Below, piece by piece: positions 9,000 through 18,801 of a stretch of DNA of 64,000 nucleotides. Positions within the stretch are counted from its first letter, which is position 1, and the number at the start of each line of letters is the position of its first letter. This DNA comes from a virus (Duplodnaviria > Caudoviricetes): positions 64,001 to 128,000 of IMG/VR virus record IMGVR_UViG_3300029288_000081. One strand, given 5' to 3'. The notes below the pieces were generated by a model. The model worked only from the letters and a program-made list of their open reading frames with translations, was not told the DNA's origin and did not search any database. A program made the translations under genes and the position numbers.

Positions 9000-9227
9000 T
9001 CACTCCTGCTTGAACAGATCTTCCATCTCGGTCTGGTTCAGGTCCTCGCCGTAGACGGCGCGAACCACGGCGCGAAGCGACGGTCGCGTGCCGAGCACGC
9101 GCTTCGCCATCGTTACGAGAACAAGGACAGCGACGTGTTCTTCGACGGTCAGCTTCGTCAGGTGCTGCTTCTGCTCGGGACCGCCAGCGAGTTGTTCGGC
9201 GACCTTGATCGCGTGGGTGAGCTTCAC
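9000..9227 (-). CDS. hypothetical protein
   Basis: GTGA overlap with 9224 stop; (M)KLTHAIKVAEQ... Confidence 0.55.
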   Translation of the reverse strand: MKLTHAIKVAEQLAGGPEQKQHLTKLTVEEHVAVLVLVTMAKRVLGTRPSLRAVVRAVYGEDLNQTEMEDLFKQE

Positions 9228-10123
9228 GCTGCCACCACCGAGCGCATCTGGTCGAGCGCCAGGAGCAGCGCGTCCACCCGAGCCAGCTCGATCTTCTTGG
9301 CGGCCAGCGTCTCTTCGATGCGCAGCGTCTCTTCGACCAGATCGTCCATGGCCACGACGAGCATGCTGCGCTTGGTGATCAGGTTGTCGCGCATGGTCGA
9401 GCCCTTCTCGATCCAGGCGTTCACTTCTGCGTCGATCGGCGCAGCGACCGGCGCGGTGACGGCCGGCGCCTCGGCTACAGGCGGCGCGGGAACGGCGACC
9501 GGAGCGGGGGGCGGTGCCCGCCTCACCGTGACCTCGGGCTCGGCTGCTCGGCGCTCCACGCGCCCGTCTGCCATGGCGACGGCACCGGCCGTTGGGGGCG
9601 GGATGGCCGGGACCGGGGCGTGGATCTCGATTTCGTTGAACCGCACCGTGCGCGGCTCGTCCTCGTCGTCGATCCTCACGTTGACCGCACCGCGCATCAC
9701 CTGATTTACACGGGCGGGGCGGAGCTTCGTCTGGTCCGCGTATCGAACCCGGACGAAGACTCGCTGCCCCCTGCTCAGATCTTCTCGTCGCGTCATCTTC
9801 GCTGCTCCTCGCGCTGCTTCCAGCGCTTCTGCCGCCGACTCCTCGGCTGCCTCCGCTCTCGCCAGTGCCATCCCGAAAGCGCGTGCCTCGCGCCTCTCCT
9901 CCGCGTCTGCCTCGGCGGCGACGCGCTCGTGCTCGATCGCAGCGTCGTTGCCACCGCGGCAGAACGCCACCGTCCGCCTGAACACCTTCCACGGGACCTT
10001 GCCGCCCTCATCGCAGTAGACCGCGTACAGGGTCCTGTTCCCGACGCCAGCAGGCAGGTCGTGAACGAGGTTGGCGATCTTCACCAGATCCACCGTAGGC
10101 GGCGGGTCGACGGCCTTCTTCAT
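9224..10123 (-). CDS. hypothetical protein with coiled coils and an SH3/Tudor-like beta domain
   Basis: LSRGQRVFVRV...PARVNQV..AVNVRID..RTVRFNEI; own promoter TTGCGC-N17-TAGGTT. Confidence 0.65.
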   Translation of the reverse strand: MKKAVDPPPTVDLVKIANLVHDLPAGVGNRTLYAVYCDEGGKVPWKVFRRTVAFCRGGNDAAIEHERVAAEADAEERREARAFGMALARAEAAEESAAEALEAARGAAKMTRREDLSRGQRVFVRVRYADQTKLRPARVNQVMRGAVNVRIDDEDEPRTVRFNEIEIHAPVPAIPPPTAGAVAMADGRVERRAAEPEVTVRRAPPPAPVAVPAPPVAEAPAVTAPVAAPIDAEVNAWIEKGSTMRDNLITKRSMLVVAMDDLVEETLRIEETLAAKKIELARVDALLLALDQMRSVVAA

Positions 10124-10194
10124 GCGACGAACCTAACGCCTCGCTCCACGAGGCGCAACAACTTTCGACACACGGTCGTGCTACTCTCGCGAGC
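10124..10194. promoter_or_regulatory. divergent promoters with GTCGAAAG box
   Basis: Minus: GTCGAAAG-TTG-TTGCGC-N17-TAGGTT-N6-ATG. Plus: TACTCT-N7-ATG. Confidence 0.7.
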
Positions 10195-11658
10195 ATGGAA
10201 ACAGAAGGAGCCGGCTTCGCTGTCATCGACGAGGATGGCGTCGCGTTTCACATCGCCGAGACGTACGACGAGGCTCTCGCCGTTGCTGCCGAGGCGCTCC
10301 CGGACGCCGACGTCTGGTACGAGGGCCCTCCGCCGTGGGAAGCCGCGTCCGCAGAGTCGGAGGCGCTCGCGATGGCGGCGAACGTCGGCGGGGTCATCCA
10401 GCTCCGCACCAAGAAGTCGGCGTTCGAGGACGAGCCGCGGCGAGCGTTCGGTCTGATCGGACTGAGGCCGATGTCGAACACCGAGATCGAGTCCATCTCG
10501 CTGGAGGACGCGTACGACGCGCTCCGTCCCTTCTTCCCGACCTCGAAGACCGGCAAGGCCGGCAACGTCAAGAAGGTCCTCGCCTACGACCGGCCCAGCA
10601 AGATGGTCGAGAGGATCTTCGGCGGGAACCACAAGCTCGTGAAGTCCTCGCGGCCTGGCGTTCCGAAGAGCCAGTCCACGGGCCTCAACCTGATGCCGTC
10701 GAACAACTGGAAGCGCGACGACATCGCAAGGGTCGTGGACGTCGCGGCCAGCAAGTACGGGGTCAAGAAGATCAAGCTGCCGCCCGGTCAGCGAACCACG
10801 CTGTGCGCGAGCGCGACCGCGCAGTGCAAGGCGAGCTGCCTCGTCTTCTCTGGGCAGAACCTCAACGACCGCTACAACACCATCAAGAAGCTCTCGCTCA
10901 CGATGAGCCTCTTCCACGAGCCGCTGGCGTTCATGCGCATGCTCTACGCCGCGACGGAGAAGTGGGTCAACGAGTGCTCCTGCGAGGGCTCTGTTCCGTT
11001 CCTGCGCCTCAACGTCTACTCCGACATCCCCTGGGAGCTTCTCGCTCCGGAGATGTTCGAGCGCTTCCGCAGCGTCCGCTTCTACGACTACACCAAGGTC
11101 GCCGGACGGATGCCGATGCGCGCCGGGAAGTACCCCGTTCCCAACTATGACCTCACCTTCTCGTACGCTGGGACTCAGGGGAACCTCGACGCACTCGACT
11201 ACGAGGTGAACCAGAACCGACGTCGTGTCGCGGTGACGTTCGCCACCCTCGGCACGAGCCGGTACATCGCGCCCGGTCAGAAGATCCCCACGCAGCCTCC
11301 GCGCCCCGGCACGAAGGAGACGGCTCACCGGTGGCCGTACATCCCCGAGATCGGCCTGCCCTCCGAGTTCATGGGCCTGACCGTCATCGACGGTGACCAG
11401 AGCGACTTCTGTCCCTACGACCCCGGCGCCTGTGTCGTGGGCCTGCGCTGGAAGATCCCCCAGAGCCAGCACGTGACCGCCGCCAAGGCACGCCTCTTCA
11501 TCGTGCCCGGCTACCTCGTGAAGGGTGCGGGCACGAAGAAGACGACCTTCGTGGTCATGGAGCTGCCTCGCTACACGGCCGCGTTCGGCGCAGCGCCGCC
11601 GCCGTGGAAGGACATGGACCTCAGCGACGTCGCCTCGACGATCGAGGAAGCGGACTGA
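10195..11658 (+). CDS. GP88-family protein (mycobacteriophage gp88-like) with acidic N-terminal extension
   Basis: LCASATAQCKASCL, LRLNVYSDIPWE, FYDYTK, NYDLTFS, VIDGDQSD and VVGLRWK motifs. Confidence 0.8.
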   Translation: METEGAGFAVIDEDGVAFHIAETYDEALAVAAEALPDADVWYEGPPPWEAASAESEALAMAANVGGVIQLRTKKSAFEDEPRRAFGLIGLRPMSNTEIESISLEDAYDALRPFFPTSKTGKAGNVKKVLAYDRPSKMVERIFGGNHKLVKSSRPGVPKSQSTGLNLMPSNNWKRDDIARVVDVAASKYGVKKIKLPPGQRTTLCASATAQCKASCLVFSGQNLNDRYNTIKKLSLTMSLFHEPLAFMRMLYAATEKWVNECSCEGSVPFLRLNVYSDIPWELLAPEMFERFRSVRFYDYTKVAGRMPMRAGKYPVPNYDLTFSYAGTQGNLDALDYEVNQNRRRVAVTFATLGTSRYIAPGQKIPTQPPRPGTKETAHRWPYIPEIGLPSEFMGLTVIDGDQSDFCPYDPGACVVGLRWKIPQSQHVTAAKARLFIVPGYLVKGAGTKKTTFVVMELPRYTAAFGAAPPPWKDMDLSDVASTIEEAD

Positions 11659-11672
11659 CCGCCGTCCAGCGC

Positions 11673-11939
11673 TCAAGCGTCAGGGATCTTTGGCTTCTCC
11701 ATCCCAACGACATGGATGCCAGGTGCGCCAAGGATCGCAGCGATGCCTGGGCAGTCAGCCGAGCACTCCGGCGTCTGTCCGCAGAACTCACATGGCGGGT
11801 AGACGTAGGTGCAGGCGACGGCGAGGGCCTCCTCATAGAGTCCGGTGAAGCCGCAGTAGTGACACCGCCAGCGTCGTGGTGGATGACTGCGCGGCGGGTC
11901 AATCGCCTTGAGATAGTTGTGCGGGTTGAGCCTGCTCAC
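11673..11939 (-). CDS. Cys-rich Zn-finger protein
   Basis: CHYC...C..PPCEFC...CSADC. Confidence 0.55.
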   Translation of the reverse strand: MSRLNPHNYLKAIDPPRSHPPRRWRCHYCGFTGLYEEALAVACTYVYPPCEFCGQTPECSADCPGIAAILGAPGIHVVGMEKPKIPDA

Positions 11940-11946
11940 GAGCGCC

Positions 11947-12111
11947 TCACCAGTAGTACCCGTGCTTCTTCCTCAGCAGAGGCATGAGGTCGTAGCGTCC
12001 GATGCGGATGTGATGCTTGCAGCGTGCGCGGAACAGCCTGGAGTGCTGACGACGGAACCAGGCGGGATCACGCCAACGAGCGGCGTGGTTGTGGTGACGG
12101 GTGCGGGACAT
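11947..12111 (-). CDS. small basic hypothetical protein (54 aa)
   Basis: RBS AGGAG; MSRTRHHNHAARWRDPAWFRR...HGYYW. Confidence 0.45.
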   Translation of the reverse strand: MSRTRHHNHAARWRDPAWFRRQHSRLFRARCKHHIRIGRYDLMPLLRKKHGYYW

Positions 12112-12170
12112 GATGATTCTCCTGGCCCCCGGAGTCGGTCCGGGGTCCTAAGAACCAGTCACGCTCGCGT

Positions 12171-12572
12171 TCACGCCTCGACACGTGAAGTCGCCTGTGC
12201 CGAGATGTTTTCGGGCGAACGGTCATGCGCGATCGCTTCGAGATAGAGGAGGAGGTCCGCCTCCATCTCGGCTCCCACGCTGCGGTTGGTCCGGACCAGC
12301 AGCGAGACGATCTCGTGAGAGTTGCCCATCGCGACGAGCTTCTCCATGGCAGCGATGGTGCCGATCAGGTCCGTGAGGTCCGTGAGGGAGAGACCAACCA
12401 GAGCGCCATCGTCGCCATCGTGGATCGCCGCGAAGTTCGCGTGCGCGTACTCGTCGAGGGAGTCGGGGTCATCGCTCGCCTGAACGATCCTCGCGACCTC
12501 GCAGTACATGCTGTTGATCGCGGTCGTCAGGCAGCGAATCCTGGCCTGGTCTCGTTCAGCTCGCGTGCTCAT
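12171..12572 (-). CDS. hypothetical protein
   Basis: ATGA overlap with upstream gene. Confidence 0.55.
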   Translation of the reverse strand: MSTRAERDQARIRCLTTAINSMYCEVARIVQASDDPDSLDEYAHANFAAIHDGDDGALVGLSLTDLTDLIGTIAAMEKLVAMGNSHEIVSLLVRTNRSVGAEMEADLLLYLEAIAHDRSPENISAQATSRVEA

Positions 12573-12901
12573 CTCGTGTACTCCCGGCTCAGCCGCATCG
12601 TGGTGAGCAGGTAGACCTCGCGAGCCCTCGGGTGCGTGAGAAGGAAGTTCACCGCGCCCGCAAGCTGAATCAGGCGCCACTTCGTGTCGAGGCTCCCGAA
12701 CATCCGGGTTGCTCCCGCGGCGCCTCCGTTGTCTTCGACGACGCAGATCTGACCGGTGACGACACCAGAAGCGTCCGCGTCCATGTAGGAGTCGAAGAAC
12801 ATCGCCGCGATCTCATGCGAAGAGATCGCGGTGAAGGGAGGCTCCACCGCGAACGTCAGCTTCGTGAGGGGCGGCATCCCCGAGATGCGGATCTCACCCA
12901 A
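12569..12901 (-). CDS. hypothetical protein
   Basis: Overlapping operon gene. Confidence 0.55.
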   Translation of the reverse strand: MGEIRISGMPPLTKLTFAVEPPFTAISSHEIAAMFFDSYMDADASGVVTGQICVVEDNGGAAGATRMFGSLDTKWRLIQLAGAVNFLLTHPRAREVYLLTTMRLSREYTR

Positions 12902-13097
12902 GGGTGAGGTCCTGCGGCCTGAACTCGTAGCTCTTGCCGCGCACGCCGACGGACACCCTGGCGACTCGGCCCTCGGTGCGGACGCCCTCGATCTTGCCGG
13001 AGACGCTCTCCTTCAGCCCGTACTCCTTCTGCATCGCGACCGGCACCCGCACGGACACCTTCGCGTTCTTCTTCTTGACCAGCTCGGAGACCTTCAT
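12894..13097 (-). CDS. small basic beta-barrel-like protein
   Basis: MKVSELVKKKNAKVSVRV...KSYEFRPQDL; RBS AAGGA. Confidence 0.6.
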   Translation of the reverse strand: MKVSELVKKKNAKVSVRVPVAMQKEYGLKESVSGKIEGVRTEGRVARVSVGVRGKSYEFRPQDLTLG

Positions 13098-13186
13098 CTG
13101 TCGTTCGTCCTTTCGACACACTTGGCGTGTCCAGCGGACTGTGTCAGACAGCGCCACGTTGGTCAAGAAGTAGGTATGCTTGGCGC
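13098..13186. promoter_or_regulatory. divergent promoters (integrase / leftward operon) with TGTCAGACA and GTCGAAAG sites
   Basis: Plus: TATGCT-N6-ATG. Minus: TTGACC-N17-CACAGT. Palindrome at 13142-13150; box at 13110-13117. Confidence 0.65.
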
Positions 13187-14233
13187 ATGAGCGTCTCTTC
13201 CGAGCTGACCTTCGTTCCTCGCGACAGTCATCTGCTGGCCCGCTTCGGCAAGGGCAACGACACCAAGCTGAAGATGCACCTGTTGATGCTTGCTGCGTTC
13301 CTGGAGGGCAAGCCCGAGAACACGAAGCGCTCGTACCGCGCGGCGATCCGTCAGTTCTTCACGCTGTTCGACTGGGTCTGCCCCGAGGACGTGACCATCG
13401 CTCACGCGGTCGCCTTCAAGCGCCATCTGATGGAGCACGTCAGCGACGCGACGGCCTACTACCGGCTGTCGGCCATGAGCAGCTACTTCGAGTTCCTTCG
13501 TCGGCCTGCCGGCGCGACCGACGAGCCGCTCATCAAGAACAACCCGTTCAGCGCCGTCCCACGCTCGGACATCAAGCCGACGCCGTATGGGCGCGCGGTG
13601 CCGATGGAATGGAAGACCCTGAAGCTGATCATGGACAAGCTGCCGACGGATCCGTCGGGCATCCGTGACCGGGCCATCCTCCTCTTCTTCGCGTTCACCG
13701 GGCGGCGCCGCACCGAGGTGGCGTCGCTCGTGATGAAGGACCTCGACCTGAAGAGCGAGACCAAGACGTACCGGTGCCGCGTGAAGGGCGGAGCGCTGAA
13801 GCACTTCGAGCTGCCGTCGATCTGCTACGACGCGCTGAAGGCGTACTGGATCGCCTCGGGGCGGCTCGCGACCCTGCACGCGAACGCGGGCGTCTTCGCC
13901 TCGATGCGCGACTGCTCGCTCACCAAGGGCTGCGATCCGGACAAGCCGCTCTCGCCGCGCATGATGAACAACATCCTGCGTCGAGCAGCCAAGCGTGCCG
14001 ACGTCGACCTCGCGATCGTCCGCCTGCACGGCCTTCGGCACATGGCCGCGAAGGACCTCGACAAGGCTGGGGCGCGCCTCCAGGACATCCAGGAGTTCCT
14101 CGGGCACCTGAGCCCGAACACGACCGCCGTCTACCTCCAGAAGCTCGGTGGGCCGGCCAAGGCGCACGAGGGGATGTTCATGCAGGTCCGTGAGGCGGCA
14201 GCGGAGATGGCGCGGAACCTCAGCGAGAGCTGA
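13187..14233 (+). CDS. tyrosine recombinase/integrase (XerC/D-like)
   Basis: N-terminal SAM-like domain (NTKRSYRAAIRQF); catalytic R (TGRRRTEV), K (VKGG), HGLRH, LGH, TTAVY. Confidence 0.93.
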   Translation: MSVSSELTFVPRDSHLLARFGKGNDTKLKMHLLMLAAFLEGKPENTKRSYRAAIRQFFTLFDWVCPEDVTIAHAVAFKRHLMEHVSDATAYYRLSAMSSYFEFLRRPAGATDEPLIKNNPFSAVPRSDIKPTPYGRAVPMEWKTLKLIMDKLPTDPSGIRDRAILLFFAFTGRRRTEVASLVMKDLDLKSETKTYRCRVKGGALKHFELPSICYDALKAYWIASGRLATLHANAGVFASMRDCSLTKGCDPDKPLSPRMMNNILRRAAKRADVDLAIVRLHGLRHMAAKDLDKAGARLQDIQEFLGHLSPNTTAVYLQKLGGPAKAHEGMFMQVREAAAEMARNLSES

Positions 14234-14570
14234 CCTGCCGGAGCACGTGAGCGACGAAGGCGGCAGGAGGTCGCACACTGTGCTCGCGCAGGTAGTGGCC
14301 GAATCCTTCCGGCCACACGTAGACGCCGTCGGAGTAGTCGGCGCTGCCGTTGTTCCAGATGCGACAGATGCGGCACGTAGACATGCCGCGGTACTGGTCG
14401 CCAAGGAAGCGACTGTCCGAGACGTACCTGATCACCTTGTCTCGCTCGGCCCAGTTCCAGCTCGGGTCGACGAAGGCACGCACGTCCGGGTACTTGCCAT
14501 CGTCGTTTCGCGGGTCGAGGCTCTTCCAGAATCCGACCTCGATCGGCTGTCGCCGCGCCGTGTAGCTCAT
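14220..14570 (-). CDS. hypothetical protein with CxxC and WPEG..HY..EH motif
   Basis: YRGMSTCRIC...NGS...YVWPEGFGHYLREH; ATGA coupling. Confidence 0.65.
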   Translation of the reverse strand: MSYTARRQPIEVGFWKSLDPRNDDGKYPDVRAFVDPSWNWAERDKVIRYVSDSRFLGDQYRGMSTCRICRIWNNGSADYSDGVYVWPEGFGHYLREHSVRPPAAFVAHVLRQVSSR

Positions 14571-15322
14571 CGACCTCTCCGGCGGTTGCGCTTCACGTGC
14601 TTGCTCCTGCCGTAGGCCCACCAGGCGAAGGCGGCGCCAGCTCCGAGGACGGCGAGCCCAGGTACGTAGATGGGCACGGTCGTGGCCGCGCGAGCCCGAC
14701 CCGCCAACGACGGTCCTGCGACGCGCCCCTCGTCCTCGATCGTCACGAAGTCAGCAGGCCACGAGTTCGTCTGGCTCTCGGTGATGTACCAGTTGCCGTC
14801 TCGCAGGACGATGGCCGAGGACGGGTGCCGCAGCAGGTAGTTGGTCGTGACGGGCGCGTTCGCGAAGTTGGCGGCGCGCGGCACCGGGTTCGGCAGCCGG
14901 GCGGTCGCGAACTTGACGATGACCTCGCGGACCGCGGGACGAATCTCCGACCACGGCATCGTCGCTGCCCGGTCTCGAACCGCGAGCCTTCGTTCCGCGC
15001 ATTCATCCCTGCCGTGGTAGGCGCCGCCGGGACGGCACTTCGTCCCGTCGCGACGCCAGATGGGGTTCACCGGCTGACTGTGCGCCTGAACGAGCCCCTT
15101 CAGGCTGCTGCCGCGGCGCATCGCCAGGAGCTGCGCGTACGTCCACGCGGTCGCCTCGTTGTTGCCTGCCTCGTGCTGAACAGAACGGGCCAGCCACAGG
15201 AGATCGTCGGGCGTCATCTGGTACGACCAGCCGCCCTGGGTCTTGATTTGCCCAGGTGTCGGGATCGAGCTGACGTCCACCGGCTCTTCGCTCTGTCCCA
15301 GGCCCATCATCGCGTACGACAT
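14567..15322 (-). CDS. SleB-like cell-wall hydrolase with C-terminal TM anchor and basic tail
   Basis: DLLWLARSVQHEAG catalytic-helix motif; C-terminus LAVLGAGAAFAWWAY + VKRNRRRGR; N-terminus MMGLGQ. Confidence 0.65.
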   Translation of the reverse strand: MSYAMMGLGQSEEPVDVSSIPTPGQIKTQGGWSYQMTPDDLLWLARSVQHEAGNNEATAWTYAQLLAMRRGSSLKGLVQAHSQPVNPIWRRDGTKCRPGGAYHGRDECAERRLAVRDRAATMPWSEIRPAVREVIVKFATARLPNPVPRAANFANAPVTTNYLLRHPSSAIVLRDGNWYITESQTNSWPADFVTIEDEGRVAGPSLAGRARAATTVPIYVPGLAVLGAGAAFAWWAYGRSKHVKRNRRRGR

Positions 15323-15387
15323 GGACCGAATCGTATCCGATCTGCTTGCCCCTTGCTCGTGTCTGACACCCGGTGCATCCTCGGGCG

Positions 15388-15873
15388 GTGAACGACAAGA
15401 AGCGCGACATCATCTTCGAGATCCCCAAGACGGAGCTTCCGCCGTCCGTTCGCGAGCTGATGGACAGGGCGGAGGCGCGGATGAAGGACGCCGAAGAGGT
15501 CGCGTCCGATCTTCTCAACGAGCCGCTGGAGATCGACTTCAGCGTCCAGAACGACAAGGTGATCTACTCGATCATGATGACCAGCTCCGACGTCGCCGGT
15601 CAGGTCGTGCTCGCGAAGTCGATCATCCGCGCCGTCCAGAGCTACGGGGTCGTGGCAACCGAGATGAAGGGCAAGACGATGCCCTCGACGCGGCTCGGCG
15701 AGCCGCAGACGAGCTACAACCGCGCCGTGCGCATCGACTGGAAGGCGCAGAAGATCTTCACCAACTTCAAGCCCAGCGAGGGAGACTCGTTCCTCGGGGC
15801 CATGGCCATCGTCGTCGAAGATCTTCAGCGCGGCGCTGGTCACCGCAAGGACGCAGAGGAGCCGAAGTCATGA
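15388..15873 (+). CDS. hypothetical protein
   Basis: GTG start after TTGCTC-N17-CATCCT-N6; strongly biased codons. Confidence 0.7.
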   Translation: MNDKKRDIIFEIPKTELPPSVRELMDRAEARMKDAEEVASDLLNEPLEIDFSVQNDKVIYSIMMTSSDVAGQVVLAKSIIRAVQSYGVVATEMKGKTMPSTRLGEPQTSYNRAVRIDWKAQKIFTNFKPSEGDSFLGAMAIVVEDLQRGAGHRKDAEEPKS

Positions 15874-16109
15874 CGCGTGACGAGTTCGAGGATTGGTTGG
15901 AGGAGCGCGAGTCCAACGCGCTCGACGAGGTGCAGCAGTCCGACGCCCCCGCGCAGAGGTGGCTGACCCGGCTCTTCGCTGCCCTGAAGCGGACCGCCGA
16001 CGAAGAGGACGAGGCACGCGAGGAGGAAGACGAGGACCTCTTCGAGGAGGAGGTCGAGAACGACCCGGAGGACGCCTTCGACCCCGAGAACGAATCCGAG
16101 GGCACGTGA
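15870..16109 (+). CDS. highly acidic small protein
   Basis: ATGA overlap; D/E-rich C-terminus. Confidence 0.65.
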   Translation: MTRDEFEDWLEERESNALDEVQQSDAPAQRWLTRLFAALKRTADEEDEAREEEDEDLFEEEVENDPEDAFDPENESEGT

Positions 16110-17320
16110 TCCGCTTCCGCTTCCAGGAAGACGAACGCCGCTTCATCCGCCTCCACGCAGAGCTGTTCGAGAAGCTCGCACGCGCCGGCCTCTCGGAGGT
16201 GGTCGGCAGCGAGACGCTGCGCAACGTCTCCAAGATCGAGCAGATGGCGCACATGGAGGGCATCCGACAGGGCCTGGCCATGGCCGCGATCGCGCGGCAG
16301 ATGAACGAGGAAGAGGCGCTGCCGATCCCTGACCCGTACGGCCAGAAGGCATTCCAGCTCCACGCGCTGATCTACGGCAGCTCGGACACACCGCTCCGCG
16401 CGATCGAGAAGGAGTGGCTCGATAAGCTCGGCCTCGATCCCGAGCACTTCGCCAAGTCCTGGCTCGACGACAAGCCCATGCGCTACGCGCCCGCGACGCT
16501 TCAGGAGCTGGATGGGACCGTGCCGCCCATCGCCCCGATGATGTCGATCCGCGCCCCCCACAAGCCCATGCCCGTGAAGCCGTCCGCTCCCGGCATGACC
16601 GACCTGATGGTCACCCCCGAAGACATCGACGACTACCTGCCTCCCTCTGAGGCCATGCACGGCGCCGAGGTGACCGTGCCCGAGCCGTGGCAGAAGGGCG
16701 AGTACGAGCCCGACGATCCCGAGCCGTTCGATACCGGCGTCGCATCCGGCTATCGGCCGCAGTCGCAAGCCGGGACGCAGTGCCACGACGTCGAAGAGAT
16801 CCGGCCCGAGAGCCCCGAGTTCCTCGACATCGTCCGAGACGCCATCCAGACGAAGAAGAGCGCCGGCTGGGACCCGAAGACCTGGCAGGACATCATCCTC
16901 GACCTGCACCGTCACATGGGCGTGGACGCGGGCTTCCTCGACATCCAGCTCACCACCCACGTCGGACGCACCGTGCTCGACCAGTGCGGCCTCGTCGGGA
17001 TGGCGCCTCCCGACATGATGAGCTTCGAGTTCCTCAGCAACCTGCCCGGCAAGAGCGGCGGCATGCTCGAAGAAGACCGTCGCACGCTCGAACGGATCGA
17101 CGAGGGCGTCACCAGTCACGACTTGTCTTCGATCACGGAGCTTGGTGAAGGGGAGGACTTCGAGTTGCTCGCCAACATCTCGCCGCCGCTCGCCGGCAAG
17201 GTGCCGTCGCCGCCGCTCATGGTGCGCAACGAGGACGGTGAGCTTCACTCCTCGCTCGGGGAGCCCGGGGAAGGGACGATGGGCTTCGGGAAGGCCCACG
17301 ACTGGGACGACGAGATCTAA
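16106..17320 (+). CDS. acidic Pro-rich hypothetical protein
   Basis: GTGA overlap; typical codon usage. Confidence 0.7.
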   Translation: MIRFRFQEDERRFIRLHAELFEKLARAGLSEVVGSETLRNVSKIEQMAHMEGIRQGLAMAAIARQMNEEEALPIPDPYGQKAFQLHALIYGSSDTPLRAIEKEWLDKLGLDPEHFAKSWLDDKPMRYAPATLQELDGTVPPIAPMMSIRAPHKPMPVKPSAPGMTDLMVTPEDIDDYLPPSEAMHGAEVTVPEPWQKGEYEPDDPEPFDTGVASGYRPQSQAGTQCHDVEEIRPESPEFLDIVRDAIQTKKSAGWDPKTWQDIILDLHRHMGVDAGFLDIQLTTHVGRTVLDQCGLVGMAPPDMMSFEFLSNLPGKSGGMLEEDRRTLERIDEGVTSHDLSSITELGEGEDFELLANISPPLAGKVPSPPLMVRNEDGELHSSLGEPGEGTMGFGKAHDWDDEI

Positions 17321-17988
17321 CTCCGATGCCTGTTCCGGCGCACAGGACGCCGCAGGAGCCACCAGAGCAGCCCGAGGGTACCGATGGCGCCAGCGGCGGC
17401 GAGAGCCAGCCTACCGGCGCCCTCGGGAGGGCCCAGGGAGGCTCCGCCTCCACCTCCCCCGGTGACGGGCGCGATGGACGTAGGTGGGGCGCCGGCCAGG
17501 AAGCGCTGCACGGCGGTCGCCATCGCGCTGCCCCACGGGGCTGCGCCGGTGGGGGTGAAGTGGGGATTGGTGGGGCTCGCCCTGGGAAGATTCAGCGGTG
17601 TGACCGGGTAGGCGTCGATGTAACGGTCCCCGAAGATACGTGCGTTCATGGACCGCAGCGCGTCCCCTTCCGCGTGGTCACGCGCGGTCGGGTACTGCGG
17701 TGGACCGCTCATCAGCACCGGAGGAGCCACGTCCATCTTCATCTTGCGAAGCGCCGCCTCCGTTGCTGGAGTCGCCAGGGAGTTGTGGCCGAAGATCAGC
17801 AGGACAACGTCGGCACCCCTCGCGGCCTGTGTGTACTGATCCCAGTAGGGGGCTCGCGTCTGCACGATCGGAGACTTGCTGTCGTTGTGGACTACCGTGA
17901 CCGAGTGGCCGGCGGCAACGAGGGCTCGCTTCGCCGCGTTGCCTGGAGTCCCGGCTTGAGAGTCGCCCCAGATGAGAACCTTCGCCAT
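17317..17988 (-). CDS. SGNH/GDSL hydrolase with C-terminal TM anchor and basic tail
   Basis: IWGDSQ block I, IFGHN block III, PHFTPTG catalytic His; Gly linker, TM, VRRNRHRS. Confidence 0.75.
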   Translation of the reverse strand: MAKVLIWGDSQAGTPGNAAKRALVAAGHSVTVVHNDSKSPIVQTRAPYWDQYTQAARGADVVLLIFGHNSLATPATEAALRKMKMDVAPPVLMSGPPQYPTARDHAEGDALRSMNARIFGDRYIDAYPVTPLNLPRASPTNPHFTPTGAAPWGSAMATAVQRFLAGAPPTSIAPVTGGGGGGASLGPPEGAGRLALAAAGAIGTLGLLWWLLRRPVRRNRHRS

Positions 17989-18036
17989 GCCCCCGATGGT
18001 AGCGCGACGCGCCGATCGGTGGGAGGGGAGTGGTAG

Positions 18037-18459
18037 ATGTCCAAGACCTCGGTCCAACTCGCTGCCGTCGAAGCAGAACTCGCGAAGATCCAGGCGGAGT
18101 ATGACGGCCTGAGCGGTGCGCTCGGAGACCCGGCCATCACCACATGGATCGCCGACATGGGTCGAGCGGCCCCGCGGAAGCTCTCCACGTTCGAGGCCGC
18201 CACCGTGAAGCGGATCGCGAGCCTGGAGCCCAAGCTCGACAAGCTCGAAGACCAGCGAGACGACCTTCGAGCAGAGCTGATCTGCGAGCTGGCCGGCATC
18301 CCAACCGACAGCGACATCCAGGACCCCGAAACCCTCCTGCGTGCCGCCCTCGTCGTGCTCAACCGAGCCCACAAGGCAGGGCAGTCGACCATCGAGGGGC
18401 GGACGGTCATGCGAGCGTTGATCGACTACCTCAAGAGCCTCGCTGCGGACGACGAGTAG
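18037..18459 (+). CDS. coiled-coil hypothetical protein
   Basis: RBS GGAG; clean ORF. Confidence 0.65.
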   Translation: MSKTSVQLAAVEAELAKIQAEYDGLSGALGDPAITTWIADMGRAAPRKLSTFEAATVKRIASLEPKLDKLEDQRDDLRAELICELAGIPTDSDIQDPETLLRAALVVLNRAHKAGQSTIEGRTVMRALIDYLKSLAADDE

Positions 18460-18801
18460 CTAGTCGCCTGCCTGCCGCAGAACGTGCATACGCGGCTGAC
18501 CGTCGGTGTCTGCAACGGTCAAGCAAGCTCCGGCTGACATGCGGCTCATGACACCTGGCGCGTCAGCCCGAAACGCAGCGACGCTCACCGTCTCGTGGTC
18601 GCCTCTTGCGTCCCAGAGGTCGGGCCAGGAGCGCTCCGACTCGCGCTCGACCACTTCGCGCTCCTCATCGGTGAGCGTCTCGTAGAGATCTTCGAGGCTC
18701 CCGAGCGCAGCTCGATCGTCCTCTGGCTTCCAGCCTGGCTGACGCCGAGCTTCACGCAGGTCATCCACGAGCTGCTGGTAGATGGCGAGCGGAGAGTTCA
18801 C
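18460..18801 (-). CDS. hypothetical protein with weak C-terminal Phd/YefM-like segment
   Basis: GTGA overlap; ETVSVAAFRADAPGVMSRM..G..LTV resembles the Phd N-terminal fold. Confidence 0.45.
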   Translation of the reverse strand: MNSPLAIYQQLVDDLREARRQPGWKPEDDRAALGSLEDLYETLTDEEREVVERESERSWPDLWDARGDHETVSVAAFRADAPGVMSRMSAGACLTVADTDGQPRMHVLRQAGD

